Sequence record: NC_111505.1 | From: a phage | DNA length: 64,000 nt | Reading direction: 5' to 3' (one strand) | In this document: one piece after another, positions 44,092-53,965 of the stretch | Numbering within the stretch: position 1 is the first letter of the stretch | Layout: each line of letters begins with the position of its first letter | The notes under the pieces: model-generated | The model's database searches: none | Seen by the model: the letters and a program-made list of their open reading frames with translations, nothing else | What the model was told of the DNA's origin: nothing | Program-made: the position numbers and the translations under genes

Positions 44092-44574
44092 TTAAACCCG
44101 GATACCTATTGTATACTCGGTAGATACCAATGTCAAATCTAAATTTAAAATTTCTTGCATCTCATAATATGCGTCCAGGGTGAGATACATTTCTCCATCC
44201 TTTTCTACATACTTGTCAAGGTGTTTGAGGCACTTTGGATAGCTATCAAGAGCAGCCTTTAGGCACTCAAACTCTGTGCTGTTGATAAATCCTTCCATCT
44301 TGGCTACCCGTTCTGGAGTAACGATAGCGCTGTAGTGAGATTTAGCTTCCTGAATGCAATGGGTCCAAGCATCGACTTTCTCTTCGAAAAGTCCGAAGAA
44401 CTTCTTCTTGGTGAGCTTCAGATTCTTTAAGTGCTTAAGCACTCGGTTGCCGATCACAGACACATCACGAAACTTAAGGATCACTTTGTCAATATCCTCG
44501 CGGCCTATTTTCACAAAGCAAGCCTCACACATTTCAGGAGAGGCATAGCCTACCTTCCACATAAAATCTGACAT
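44092..44574 (-). CDS. hypothetical protein (160 aa)
   Basis: ATG with AAGGGGAG SD. Confidence 0.6.
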   Translation of the reverse strand: MSDFMWKVGYASPEMCEACFVKIGREDIDKVILKFRDVSVIGNRVLKHLKNLKLTKKKFFGLFEEKVDAWTHCIQEAKSHYSAIVTPERVAKMEGFINSTEFECLKAALDSYPKCLKHLDKYVEKDGEMYLTLDAYYEMQEILNLDLTLVSTEYTIGIRV

Positions 44575-44586
44575 AACACTCTCCCC

Positions 44587-44982
44587 TTATTCCTGAAAAG
44601 CAACGATATCATATGCACTTGCAGACGATCCTGGTGAAGCGTGACTCCAGTCTAGGTCATCAGAGTAGTCAGCATACTGTGCACCGCTACGTAGCTTGTA
44701 TTTTACCCACTTACCTGGTACAGGGTTTTCACCACCTTCCCATGCTTCCCAACACTCTGGCAGGCCATCCTGAGAGTAGTCGTCCACCTCACTAATAATC
44801 TTAGGGTTTGGCACCAAGATTCCTGCTGGTTCTTCCTTCTTAGCAAGTGTCCACACAATGTATGTGTCTGAACAGGAGCATGTCAATAAAGTATACCCGC
44901 TATTCAGAACTTCTGCAAGCTCTTTTTCAGCATCTTCCAATTTGGTTAAGTGGTATTGGATAATCTTCACATCCGTAATCAT
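44587..44982 (-). CDS. hypothetical protein (131 aa)
   Basis: ATG with GTAGGAGG SD. Confidence 0.6.
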   Translation of the reverse strand: MITDVKIIQYHLTKLEDAEKELAEVLNSGYTLLTCSCSDTYIVWTLAKKEEPAGILVPNPKIISEVDDYSQDGLPECWEAWEGGENPVPGKWVKYKLRSGAQYADYSDDLDWSHASPGSSASAYDIVAFQE

Positions 44983-45284
44983 TAGAATCCTCCTACTTCT
45001 TCAGCAAATGCTGCTGCTGTTGTCGCTGCATCCAGATATGATTCTAGTTCACGGGCTGCACGTTTGTAAATAGAGTGTCGCAGATCGTTCGGGAGTTGGT
45101 GAAAGTCCACCTCTTCTCCGTTGTGATAAACATGTAAATCGGTAATCTGTCTAAATCCATAATAATCAACATCAGAATCGCGGCACTCCGGATCTGGCAA
45201 CTGGACAACTGCCTGAGCTTCTACAGTGAGCATATCGTCAAGTTCGAAATCGATTTCAAAAGTGTATGGTTTGTAACGCTTCAT
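44982..45284 (-). CDS. hypothetical acidic protein (100 aa)
   Basis: ATG with GAGGAG SD; TAATG overlap downstream. Confidence 0.6.
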   Translation of the reverse strand: MKRYKPYTFEIDFELDDMLTVEAQAVVQLPDPECRDSDVDYYGFRQITDLHVYHNGEEVDFHQLPNDLRHSIYKRAARELESYLDAATTAAAFAEEVGGF

Positions 45285-45344
45285 CGTTTGGTGCTCTCCT
45301 CAGTTTTGTGGGGAGGAGTTCCTCCCCTTTATGCTCACATCTTA

Positions 45345-45683
45345 CTACTGAAGGTCTTCAGAGTCAAGCTCAAAAAGAATCAAACTGTGCATGTTTGCAG
45401 AGAGCTCAACACACTCCGCAACGACAAGGGTCTGATAGTAAGGTTCAGCACCCTCGATGTCTTCGTTAAAATCCACAACAAGGTAGTCACCTTTGTTAAA
45501 GGTGTATTTGTCAGATGTAAACGCAAACCCTGCCCAGTCCCCTACAGGGTCTTTATCGATCACCTTTGTTAGCAGGAGGTCTTTTTCACGAGATCTTTTA
45601 GTAAAATCGTGAATCACAACAGCCTTCTCTTCAGGATTTGGATTTCCACACACGTAGTTAACTATATTTCTCCACAAACTCAT
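45345..45683 (-). CDS. hypothetical protein (112 aa)
   Basis: ATG with AAAGGGGGA SD; ATGA overlap with the helicase gene. Confidence 0.6.
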   Translation of the reverse strand: MSLWRNIVNYVCGNPNPEEKAVVIHDFTKRSREKDLLLTKVIDKDPVGDWAGFAFTSDKYTFNKGDYLVVDFNEDIEGAEPYYQTLVVAECVELSANMHSLILFELDSEDLQ

Positions 45684-47050
45684 ACGTCCCCCTTTTCTGC
45701 TCTAGTTTCAAAATCTTTCCTGACTTTCTCGTCTAAGCCAGGGAAAGTTGTATTATAAAACTCTACGACTCGCGGGTCAACAATAATATCCACCTCTCTT
45801 AATGGACGCAACAAGTTTATTCCCTGTATCGTCTTAACCCGACTCAAGGCAACATACGTCATTCCTGGAGAGAAAGCTCCGTTCTTTCCAAGGTCCAGGT
45901 TGTAACAATCTAGCGTAAGTCCTTGACTTTTATGCGATGTTACTGCGTACCCCGATTTCAAAGGGAGTTGCTCATAAGACCCGATCACAACCCTCTCTAT
46001 GAACTTCTCCATCTTCCTTTCGGCAATATTGTACCTCTGGGAAGGTTTGTACTCGTTATTCTCCCACAATCTCGGCTCAATTTCAACCTGTGTCCCGTCT
46101 TCTAGCTCAACTACCACGGATTTAGTCTTGAATTTTACCACTGTGGCACGTGTCCCGTTGACATAATACGGAACTTTGTGAGTAGGGTCAACATCGTTTG
46201 AGGTTATCATAACCTTCATCCCTATCTTCAGCCTCATTTCCTGCTCCACAGGCAGTGTGGAAGGGAACTTACCCTTCATTTTACCAATGTAGGTCTTCTC
46301 TGGGGCCTGGATGGCATCATAGAAACGTCTGTTCACCTCCTCTGCTTGCTTATTGGTGGCGCAGATAGTCAAGGCATCTGTTGGGACACCGCCATGATAG
46401 CAACGAGTGTTAAGCTCTGCTACAACCTCTTTTATGCGACGACCTTCACGAACACAGTTCAACATTGTGGCGAAGCGAACAGATTCCTGACGGAACTGGT
46501 CTACTAAGGCTATATTGTGAAGATTAAGATCCTCCCAAGATTCTGTATAGCAACACAAATCTGTGTGGTAGAAGTTGAAGTAGGCTTCTTTCTCCATGGA
46601 AGAGACAACTGGAGGTGCTTGGTAGAAATCTCCAAACAATAACACCTGAATGCCTCCGAAAGGTTTGTCATTTTTCCGAAGAAAGCGGAGTTTTCTGTCC
46701 ATCTCTATGAACTTGTCAGCACGGATCATAGAGATTTCATCGATAATTAGGATGGTAAATGCCTTGCTTTTCAGAGGCTTTGCTGTTTTTGCCCTTATTG
46801 CTGTCCAGTCTGACTCCATGCTCACACCTGCGGCAAGATCGAAAGTTCGGTGTGCTGTTGCTCCATTAACGTTTAAAGCGGCTACCCCTGTCGGGGCAAC
46901 CGTTATGCAAGAGTCTCCATACATGGACTGGATCATGTTGATAAGATATGTCTTCCCGGTTCCACCAGGTCCACTTACGAAGACATTCTCACCACTCATG
47001 ATTGCAACAAGGGCAGCATCTGTGCCTACATCGTACTGCCCTTTCTCCAT
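45680..47050 (-). CDS. SF1B DNA helicase (Dda/RecD/Pif1-like)
   Basis: Walker A ...VSGPGGTGKTY...; ...IIDEISMI... (Walker B); ATG with GAGGAGG SD. Confidence 0.75.
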   Translation of the reverse strand: MEKGQYDVGTDAALVAIMSGENVFVSGPGGTGKTYLINMIQSMYGDSCITVAPTGVAALNVNGATAHRTFDLAAGVSMESDWTAIRAKTAKPLKSKAFTILIIDEISMIRADKFIEMDRKLRFLRKNDKPFGGIQVLLFGDFYQAPPVVSSMEKEAYFNFYHTDLCCYTESWEDLNLHNIALVDQFRQESVRFATMLNCVREGRRIKEVVAELNTRCYHGGVPTDALTICATNKQAEEVNRRFYDAIQAPEKTYIGKMKGKFPSTLPVEQEMRLKIGMKVMITSNDVDPTHKVPYYVNGTRATVVKFKTKSVVVELEDGTQVEIEPRLWENNEYKPSQRYNIAERKMEKFIERVVIGSYEQLPLKSGYAVTSHKSQGLTLDCYNLDLGKNGAFSPGMTYVALSRVKTIQGINLLRPLREVDIIVDPRVVEFYNTTFPGLDEKVRKDFETRAEKGDV

Positions 47051-48255
47051 TACGCCTCCTCGTAGATAATGTCGATAGTGTTGCCGTCGCGGTCAACCAC
47101 GTACTCGATTGGGTCCCCATCTTTGCGCGATTCTGGAGCTACTACGATTTCGTAGCGGCATGCACGGCACTTAGCGCTGTTGTGTTGGTAAGGTACACTG
47201 ACTACATCAGCAGGGTCAACCATAACCGTCATCACAGTGCCGTAGCTCTTTGCATACTCTTTGCTGGCACAGTGCAGGCCATAAGAGCATGCAGCTTCCG
47301 GATCATCCTCTACAAAGTTACGAGGCATGGATACAAAAGCGCCCTGGTATTGTGGGACTTTACCACTGTGCCAATCCACCCACTTGTCGCCGTTAAACTG
47401 AACCCCTTTGTAGCAAATGATTCGACCATCTTCTGCAATCTGAATGTCATTTGCCTGCATAAAGTCGTAGAGCATGTTTACAGATTTTGCAGACGGATTG
47501 CGTAACAGGCGAACTAGGAATTTCACATAGCGGTCATCCAGTGTTCCATCTGCATAATCTTTCTCAATTTTCTTTGCAATAGTAGATCGCATCTCCACAC
47601 CGTAGTAGTAGAGCTTACCATCTTTCATGATCAGGTTGTCTGCCAGTGTAGTGAACTCATTCTTGCGTTCCAGCCAGACAAGGATTTCACCAATTGCCTC
47701 GTCATATTCCTGAACAGAGATATGGTCGAAGACTTTCTGGTAAACTTCCTCACTTTCGCTGCGGCGAATTTCAAAAATACCTTCGTTGCAAGTGATCTGC
47801 AAGAGTTCCCCACAAATAACTACCAGAGGCTCGATGCTTCGAGTCTGTTGCTGAGACACACTGCTCACCACCTCCAGAACCGGATCTTTGACTTCTACCG
47901 AAGGCTCTTCTGACTTGATTGCTACTCCAGTGAACCCCACACCGTGAACAACGCACAGCGGGTATACCACTCCCCAGCGTTTAAAGGACTCCTCCCCTAA
48001 ATCCAAGATCATGGCGTACTTGCCGTTGTCTTCCAGCCCATATCGGAATAAACGGGCCTCTTCGCGGGTTTCAAAATCCTCACGGGTGTAACAAACGCTG
48101 TCACGGTCAGGGTCGAACACCTCTGGGGCACCTACTGCCAGTGTCCAGGTTGTGTTACCTTTCTCAATGGCGCATGTGAAACCCTTCTTCTCAAGTTCTG
48201 CACGGCGGTCTCGTGCTTCTTTACGGGTTTTGAAATGTTCGTAGATGAAAATCAT
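47050..48255 (-). CDS. rIIB: rIIB-like protein
   Basis: C-terminal blocks ...NPSAKSVNMLYDFMQANDIQIAEDG..., ...MPRNFVEDDPEAACSYGLHCASKEY..., ...DPADVVSVPY... resemble T4 RIIB as I recall it; adjacent to rIIA-like gene; ATG with TAAGGAGA SD. Confidence 0.45.
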   Translation of the reverse strand: MIFIYEHFKTRKEARDRRAELEKKGFTCAIEKGNTTWTLAVGAPEVFDPDRDSVCYTREDFETREEARLFRYGLEDNGKYAMILDLGEESFKRWGVVYPLCVVHGVGFTGVAIKSEEPSVEVKDPVLEVVSSVSQQQTRSIEPLVVICGELLQITCNEGIFEIRRSESEEVYQKVFDHISVQEYDEAIGEILVWLERKNEFTTLADNLIMKDGKLYYYGVEMRSTIAKKIEKDYADGTLDDRYVKFLVRLLRNPSAKSVNMLYDFMQANDIQIAEDGRIICYKGVQFNGDKWVDWHSGKVPQYQGAFVSMPRNFVEDDPEAACSYGLHCASKEYAKSYGTVMTVMVDPADVVSVPYQHNSAKCRACRYEIVVAPESRKDGDPIEYVVDRDGNTIDIIYEEA

Positions 48256-48265
48256 CTTGGTCTCC

Positions 48266-50248
48266 TTATTTGATGTTATTCTTTGTATCGATCAGTTCAC
48301 GGTATTCAATCATAGCAGGGGTGTCCCAATATTTCAAGCCTACATGCTTTAAAAGTGGATATTTCTTTTCCAATCTCGCAATATAGGCCTTCCCGCACTT
48401 AACTCGGTTGGCGATTAAGACTTTGGCACGATGATTCAGCTCACCGTACTTCCACGTGGTGCTACCTTCCCACTTGTGGAAATGTGGCCGATAATTTCCA
48501 AAATCCTGCATGGGTATAATTTTACCTAACTGTCTGTACAGGCTGTCATATGAAGTTTCATTTGCTGCGCGAGTCAGTAAGAATTTCCAAGCATCCTCTT
48601 TCAACAAATGTTCCACATTCTTCTCTGTAACATATTGGCAATCAGGATCAGTCCAAAGCAGACGAGATTCCGACACCAGGTACAGATCTTCCCCTTCAGG
48701 AATCTGGAGTGCCGCACGCACACGGTCATAATCTTGCTGGTAGATGTTACTCATCTGCCCTAGCCAACAACTTCCGCGTTGGATATCCCCCTCATACGGT
48801 ATGCAGTGCTTAATCTTCCTGAACTCTGCCTTAGTAATACGCTCACGCCGGAAGTAACCATCCTTCTCAAGTTTTTTAACCCAATAACCGGGCTCATAAC
48901 GAGTTTTTGTTTCACCTTTCTTCACAGGTCGGCGAGGAAGCTCTGATAACAATTTGACCGTATCTGCAAAGAACGGATGGTGTGCCACTTCTTTAAACTC
49001 TTTTACCAGATCCGTGTTCCGGCAATAGAAAACGTTGCGTCCGGTGATCTCGCTTAAGTAGTTACACTTATTTCGGTTATATTTACCGTCTCCGTCGTTA
49101 AATACTAGATAGACTCCTCGTAAGAATTCTACCTTTCCGTAACAAGCGTATCCTATGCGGCTTTTATTTAAGCCGCCTGCGAAGATCTCACAGTCCCCTA
49201 AATTCCCTAGTCCTGTTTCTTCCCACCGGTCATACATAAAATTCTTACCGAAGATGTGCCCGAACACTCCACTGTTCTTCATCATCTCGCGTGCTTCTGA
49301 GGATGTTTTTGCTGTCTCCAGTTCCGCAACAACTTCTGCTCCACGAAGACGGATACCTTCTTTGACAAAAGCTTCCAAACGCTCTTGGAATCCACCATCA
49401 TCGTGACCTTCTATGGTCCATTCACGTCCTGGGTTAATATTGCAGTCTCCGATAGGGATCTCTACACAAATTGCAGGATAATCTGTTAGTGTTTCCAGGA
49501 ACTTAGAACGGTAAGGTTGGTGACCCATTACCACACGACTCTCGTCAGAGCTGGTATAGCCCTTCAGGATGGTCATCTTCCAACCATCTTTTTCATAATA
49601 ATACTGCGCCTCTACTTTGTCTCCCTCCAGCATCTTGCTCGTCATCGGATCGGTGACAGTGAACGGAAATTTTGCATAGCGTAGACATGATGCAATAGCG
49701 GTGCGATATTTCAGAACATGCTCTTTCTTAACATGAAACTGAACTTTTACTCCATTGTGCTCTTCAGTCTTCCGCTCACGGATCTTGGTGACATTTGGGA
49801 TACCCTGGTCCAAGAACAATAGGTATGTGCTTTCCACACCATTGTGCACACTGATTACATCGAAAGTGTCCACCATGCTGAACGGGGCCTTTGAACCAAC
49901 ACCTTTATTGCCTACCAGATCGTTGCTGTTGCGCTTGGTTGACTCGCCGAGGTTCATGAAAGTGTTGCGGACCATCTCTTCTGACATACCGAGGCCAACG
50001 TCCTGCACAAAGAAGTATGGTTCAAGATCTGTAGGGGAGTGAATGATGATCGGAACATCACCACGTCCAGACTCAACATGAGAGTCCACAGCATTGAAGA
50101 TTGGTTCACGGCAGCTTGCCAGCACCTTATCTTCATAAATCCCTTTAATGATTAACCCAAAAGTTTCTTTGTTCAGAGAAATTGATCCCCTTGTTACCTC
50201 CAAATTCCCAGTTAGCACTGCTTTAGTTTCATTACTGTTTACAATCAT
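48266..50248 (-). CDS. rIIA: rIIA-like protein with N-terminal GHKL (histidine kinase-like) ATPase domain
   Basis: N-box-like ...REPIFNAVDS..., G1 ...VQDVGLGMS..., G2 ...GNKGVGSKA...; 660 aa; ATG with AAGGAG SD. Confidence 0.5.
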   Translation of the reverse strand: MIVNSNETKAVLTGNLEVTRGSISLNKETFGLIIKGIYEDKVLASCREPIFNAVDSHVESGRGDVPIIIHSPTDLEPYFFVQDVGLGMSEEMVRNTFMNLGESTKRNSNDLVGNKGVGSKAPFSMVDTFDVISVHNGVESTYLLFLDQGIPNVTKIRERKTEEHNGVKVQFHVKKEHVLKYRTAIASCLRYAKFPFTVTDPMTSKMLEGDKVEAQYYYEKDGWKMTILKGYTSSDESRVVMGHQPYRSKFLETLTDYPAICVEIPIGDCNINPGREWTIEGHDDGGFQERLEAFVKEGIRLRGAEVVAELETAKTSSEAREMMKNSGVFGHIFGKNFMYDRWEETGLGNLGDCEIFAGGLNKSRIGYACYGKVEFLRGVYLVFNDGDGKYNRNKCNYLSEITGRNVFYCRNTDLVKEFKEVAHHPFFADTVKLLSELPRRPVKKGETKTRYEPGYWVKKLEKDGYFRRERITKAEFRKIKHCIPYEGDIQRGSCWLGQMSNIYQQDYDRVRAALQIPEGEDLYLVSESRLLWTDPDCQYVTEKNVEHLLKEDAWKFLLTRAANETSYDSLYRQLGKIIPMQDFGNYRPHFHKWEGSTTWKYGELNHRAKVLIANRVKCGKAYIARLEKKYPLLKHVGLKYWDTPAMIEYRELIDTKNNIK

Positions 50249-50745
50249 TTATTGCGCTCCTTGTAGTAGATATGACTCCCGAATTGAGCTGTCCTCTGCA
50301 TCTTTTTTGCCCATTTCGGTCGTACTTTTGTTGTATGATAGTGTGTTGCTCCACCTGTTATATCCATAGCCATGTATGCAACATGGTTGTTATTATAGAC
50401 CTTTAGAAGCATCTTTGCAAGACTTTTAGCGTGATCCCATGAATCTTTTTCTGTCACCTTAAAAGTTTTGCCGTGGTTTGTCCACGAAAACTGGTTAGGT
50501 TGGTAGACAATCTTTCTTATAGTGTCTGGGTACTTAGGGTGAGATTTCCTGTTTAGTGTGGCAAACCCAGATGCCAACATACCCATCGTGCCATCTCCTC
50601 TGGCTTCCCTGTAGATATTGCATGCCAGAATGTTCTCCTTAGTATCCGATGGCTTGCAGGTGTGATATACTTTTTGTTTTGGTGCTGCAACAACAGGCAG
50701 CGATAAAAATGCGCTCAAAATAATAGCAAAGATTTTAATTTTCAC
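50245..50745 (-). CDS. Secreted SleB-type cell-wall hydrolase-like protein
   Basis: Signal peptide KIKIFAIILSAFLSLPVVAAP; ...ACNIYREARGDG... resembles the SleB/CwlJ hydrolase family; apparent GTG start with TTGGAG SD. Confidence 0.55.
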   Translation of the reverse strand: MKIKIFAIILSAFLSLPVVAAPKQKVYHTCKPSDTKENILACNIYREARGDGTMGMLASGFATLNRKSHPKYPDTIRKIVYQPNQFSWTNHGKTFKVTEKDSWDHAKSLAKMLLKVYNNNHVAYMAMDITGGATHYHTTKVRPKWAKKMQRTAQFGSHIYYKERNK

Positions 50746-50751
50746 AATAAC

Positions 50752-50781
50752 TCCAAATAGAAAATCCCCGCCGAAGCGGGG
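50752..50781 (-). terminator. Rho-independent terminator (- strand)
   Basis: CCCCGC-TTCG-GCGGGG followed by ATTTTCTATTT. Confidence 0.6.
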
Positions 50782-50794
50782 GTGGTCTTAGAAA

Positions 50795-51175
50795 TTAGTC
50801 GTAGTGTGCCAAAATCTCTCCATCGTTGCAAGTTCCCTCTACGAAGTTGTGAAGATTCATGCACTCGTCTTGGTAGAAGAATTTACCGCTTTTCAGCCGT
50901 AGACCAAACAACTCCGCATCTCCACGATGGCAAGCCTCTACAAGTTCATAGATTTCATACGGTAACTCTCCATCGTCATGGAAGAACCCCGCTTTATCGT
51001 TGACATAGATGAAGAAATAGTCACTGCTGTCGCAAGCGTCTAATATTTTAAACCAGATTTCATCTACATCTTTTTCTCTGATATCGATCACGCAAGTGGA
51101 GCTGCATTCGTACTCCTTCTCCGGCTCCTCGGTCAATACCACCAGGTAGTTTCCCCGCTTACCTACTTTAGCCAT
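50795..51175 (-). CDS. hypothetical acidic protein (126 aa)
   Basis: ATG with TGAGGAGG SD. Confidence 0.6.
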   Translation of the reverse strand: MAKVGKRGNYLVVLTEEPEKEYECSSTCVIDIREKDVDEIWFKILDACDSSDYFFIYVNDKAGFFHDDGELPYEIYELVEACHRGDAELFGLRLKSGKFFYQDECMNLHNFVEGTCNDGEILAHYD

Positions 51176-51184
51176 ACAACCTCC

Positions 51185-52369
51185 TCAAGCTTTAGCTAAA
51201 ATGGCGCTAAACTCTTCACCAAACTCTTTTACAATCTTCATCAGGTTTGGGTATGCTTTGATCAGCTGAGCAACGATCTTGTCCCGGCCTTTACCAATAA
51301 GTAAGGCATTTCCTAGGGCGTTGGGTTTCATCATCGCCATAAAGACTGAGAATACAAAGTCTCGGTTCTCATCCTTGAAATTTTCCCAAAGGAAATCAAG
51401 GAAGTTTGCCACGCAGCTAACAAGATCTTCGTCTGAGACACTTGCATTTTCCATCATATTCCGAATAGCAATACAACCTTCAGACCCAAGAATCCACAAA
51501 ATATCTGGCTGCTTAGGACCTACATACTCTTTGCAACCCCCTGCCATAATCCGACCGATTTCTGGCAAGTTTCGTTTCTTGGTGTGGTAGGTCCAGATTT
51601 CTACCGCTGCAGTGTGACCAATAGCACCTTGCAGAAGAACACGAGCCATAGCGTCAGAAATAATACCGCTGTCAAAATCGTGCAGGATGTCAGATGCAGC
51701 AACCCAAGATCGCGGTGTAGCAAAAGATGGACAATTAATCTCAGCCATAGCCTCATAATTATCGATAGCTGATGGAACTCTTTTCAGATATCCAATTACA
51801 GAGGAATGCACACCATTAAGGAATGCGTAGTCCTCAATAAATACCTCTGCACTGCTTGTAACTTCTACAATGATAAAGCGGTTAGCCAGAGGGGCTTCGA
51901 GCGCTGAAAGAACAGCACCATCCGTAGCACGGTTACCTGCAGCTACAAAAACAGAGCCCTTAGGAAATGCATAGGTGCCGCACTTGTGGTCGAGCATAAT
52001 TTGCATTGCAACCTTCTGCAGGTAGTTATCTGCATGAGTAAGCTCATCCAGAAAGATAATTCCGCTCCAGTCCGAGTCTGCAGGCCAAAATTCTGGAATT
52101 GCAAACACTGTGCGTGTAGTTCCATCTGCCTCTACAGGGATAGGTAGTCCAGACAAGTCAGCAGGATCTTTATCTGACAGCCGCACGTCAACCAGGTTGT
52201 CATCTCGCTCACCGAACATATTATCAGCAATCTGCTTCATCACCTGGCTCTTCCCCACACCCATCGGTCCTAAAATCAGGACAGATCGGTTATGACGCTG
52301 GGCAAATTGAATAATAGCTGGCAACTCGCGGACAGTGATTTGACCACTTTCGAATACGTTTCTTGACAT
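51185..52369 (-). CDS. AAA+ ATPase (MoxR/CobS/NorQ-like, AAA_5 type)
   Basis: Walker A ...ILGPMGVGKSQV..., Walker B ...GIIFLDELTHA...; ATG with AGAGGA SD. Confidence 0.7.
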   Translation of the reverse strand: MSRNVFESGQITVRELPAIIQFAQRHNRSVLILGPMGVGKSQVMKQIADNMFGERDDNLVDVRLSDKDPADLSGLPIPVEADGTTRTVFAIPEFWPADSDWSGIIFLDELTHADNYLQKVAMQIMLDHKCGTYAFPKGSVFVAAGNRATDGAVLSALEAPLANRFIIVEVTSSAEVFIEDYAFLNGVHSSVIGYLKRVPSAIDNYEAMAEINCPSFATPRSWVAASDILHDFDSGIISDAMARVLLQGAIGHTAAVEIWTYHTKKRNLPEIGRIMAGGCKEYVGPKQPDILWILGSEGCIAIRNMMENASVSDEDLVSCVANFLDFLWENFKDENRDFVFSVFMAMMKPNALGNALLIGKGRDKIVAQLIKAYPNLMKIVKEFGEEFSAILAKA

Positions 52370-52638
52370 TAGTAAAAGTCCTCTACTTGTGTGTAAGTGT
52401 TTTCAAAGTTTTCCAAAACAGACATCACATCGGATCTGTCAATATCATACGCAACTCTCCAGCCATATGCAACCCTTTCTGCTGTTGCCTCTTCTGGATC
52501 TAGTCGTCTGCTGGCATGAAAGAGTGTTGGAGTACACTTTCTTGCTTGCCCTCTAACTTTCCCATAATAATATCTGTGAATATCTTTGTCAAAATTTAAT
52601 TCTTTTTCTGCACGAAGTTCGTACTGCTGGTATAACAT
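52369..52638 (-). CDS. hypothetical protein (89 aa)
   Basis: ATG with TAAGGAG SD; TAATG overlap with the AAA+ gene. Confidence 0.6.
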   Translation of the reverse strand: MLYQQYELRAEKELNFDKDIHRYYYGKVRGQARKCTPTLFHASRRLDPEEATAERVAYGWRVAYDIDRSDVMSVLENFENTYTQVEDFY

Positions 52639-52682
52639 CTCTACTGCTCCTTAAGCAGCATCCTTGCCGCCATCCCTACCCA

Positions 52683-53063
52683 CTAAAATGCAGTCCGAAT
52701 CCAGACAAGGTTCTTATCTGCCCAATCATAAAGGCAAGTCATTGCACTATTGAATTGCTCACACGGAGGGTAATCTTCTTCCATCCGGCGCATAGCGGAT
52801 CCTTGTGGGTATAACTCCAGTGCTGCAAACCACGCATCGTAGTCATCCACGGTGTCGAAGTAGTATACAACATCCTCCAACTCAGGATCGAACTTTGAAC
52901 TATCAGGATCCAGTTGTTCAGGGAACTTGGAGCGTAACTTGCCAGCCACAATACTTGCCAACTCGCTAACATGCTTGTTGTCCCACTCTACCAGTTTCCC
53001 GTCTTCAGTTATGCGTCCTAACCACTGATCATGAAGGTCAACTGTTGTCTTCCACTGGGCCAT
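52683..53063 (-). CDS. hypothetical acidic protein (126 aa)
   Basis: ATG with AAGAGGTAG SD. Confidence 0.6.
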   Translation of the reverse strand: MAQWKTTVDLHDQWLGRITEDGKLVEWDNKHVSELASIVAGKLRSKFPEQLDPDSSKFDPELEDVVYYFDTVDDYDAWFAALELYPQGSAMRRMEEDYPPCEQFNSAMTCLYDWADKNLVWIRTAF

Positions 53064-53065
53064 TA

Positions 53066-53323
53066 TCAGTCTACCTCTTCTTCTCGTTGCAGTTCAAGAT
53101 ACCCATAGGTCTGGATATCTTCAAGGGTGTGGAACTCCCCATCTGCAGCTAAGGCACGGACAACCTGGCATAGAGTTTTATAAGGTACTTTCTCCAAACC
53201 CAGATTCAGCGCAGGAAAAACCTTATCTAAGTCAACAAAATATACAAACTGTAGCTCACCAGTTTCAAAAGGCGTATCTTCGATAAACATCTTCTCGGCA
53301 TTAGTCAAGATCTGCACTTTCAT
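53066..53323 (-). CDS. hypothetical protein (85 aa)
   Basis: ATG with AGAGGGGG SD. Confidence 0.6.
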   Translation of the reverse strand: MKVQILTNAEKMFIEDTPFETGELQFVYFVDLDKVFPALNLGLEKVPYKTLCQVVRALAADGEFHTLEDIQTYGYLELQREEEVD

Positions 53324-53553
53324 TCTTCTACCCCCTCTTCTTTTTCTTCAGCATTAGTTTCAGTGCTACCCCACTCTGGAGTTTCCACCTCGACAGTAAA
53401 CTCACGCACTACACGGTAATTGCCCATGAAGCGCTCCACTTCTTCAAGGCTTATGGAGAGGCCATTGGCAACCAAGTCTGCAGCACCCTTCTCTACCAGG
53501 TAGTCCAGATTGGCTTCCAAGGCTTCAGGCTCAAACCCTGTCAATGCAATCAT
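53320..53553 (-). CDS. hypothetical acidic protein (77 aa)
   Basis: Track start is TTG 53592; ATG 53553 with AAGGGGAGGG SD. Confidence 0.5.
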   Translation of the reverse strand: MIALTGFEPEALEANLDYLVEKGAADLVANGLSISLEEVERFMGNYRVVREFTVEVETPEWGSTETNAEEKEEGVEE

Positions 53554-53678
53554 ATAACCCTCCCCTTCATCAAGGAGGGCAATACAGCCCAACTGATTTT
53601 CTTTAAAAAGCAGTGACCATCACTATTGATTGGTTGCTCATTGCAGTAAATAGCTGCACGATAAGTAACTTTAGACAT
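53550..53678 (-). CDS. candidate 42-aa protein
   Basis: ATG with strong SD TAAGGAGG; ATGA overlap with downstream gene. Confidence 0.3.
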   Translation of the reverse strand: MSKVTYRAAIYCNEQPINSDGHCFLKKISWAVLPSLMKGRVI

Positions 53679-53690
53679 TGGTAGGCCTCC

Positions 53691-53963
53691 TTAGGCAACT
53701 GTCATTTTACATTCTTGAAATTTTAACACAAGACGGTGATTGTGTCTAGTGTCTAAAAAGATTTTTTCAACCATCAGGCACACGGTATAACCGTCCGTCT
53801 TGTTGACAACAAAATCCCCAGGGTGAGGGAGAATGTCTCTGGGGTTGGGGAAACATAACCCGCTCAAGAAGGCATCATCGGTGGTGGACTTGATGGATTT
53901 CCACACACTATCTGCCTGAACATTCTCACCAACATAATATACACTACCACATACCTTCATCAT
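53691..53963 (-). CDS. hypothetical protein (90 aa)
   Basis: Track start is TTG 53969; ATG 53963 with CGGAGA SD. Confidence 0.5.
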   Translation of the reverse strand: MMKVCGSVYYVGENVQADSVWKSIKSTTDDAFLSGLCFPNPRDILPHPGDFVVNKTDGYTVCLMVEKIFLDTRHNHRLVLKFQECKMTVA

Positions 53964-53965
53964 AG

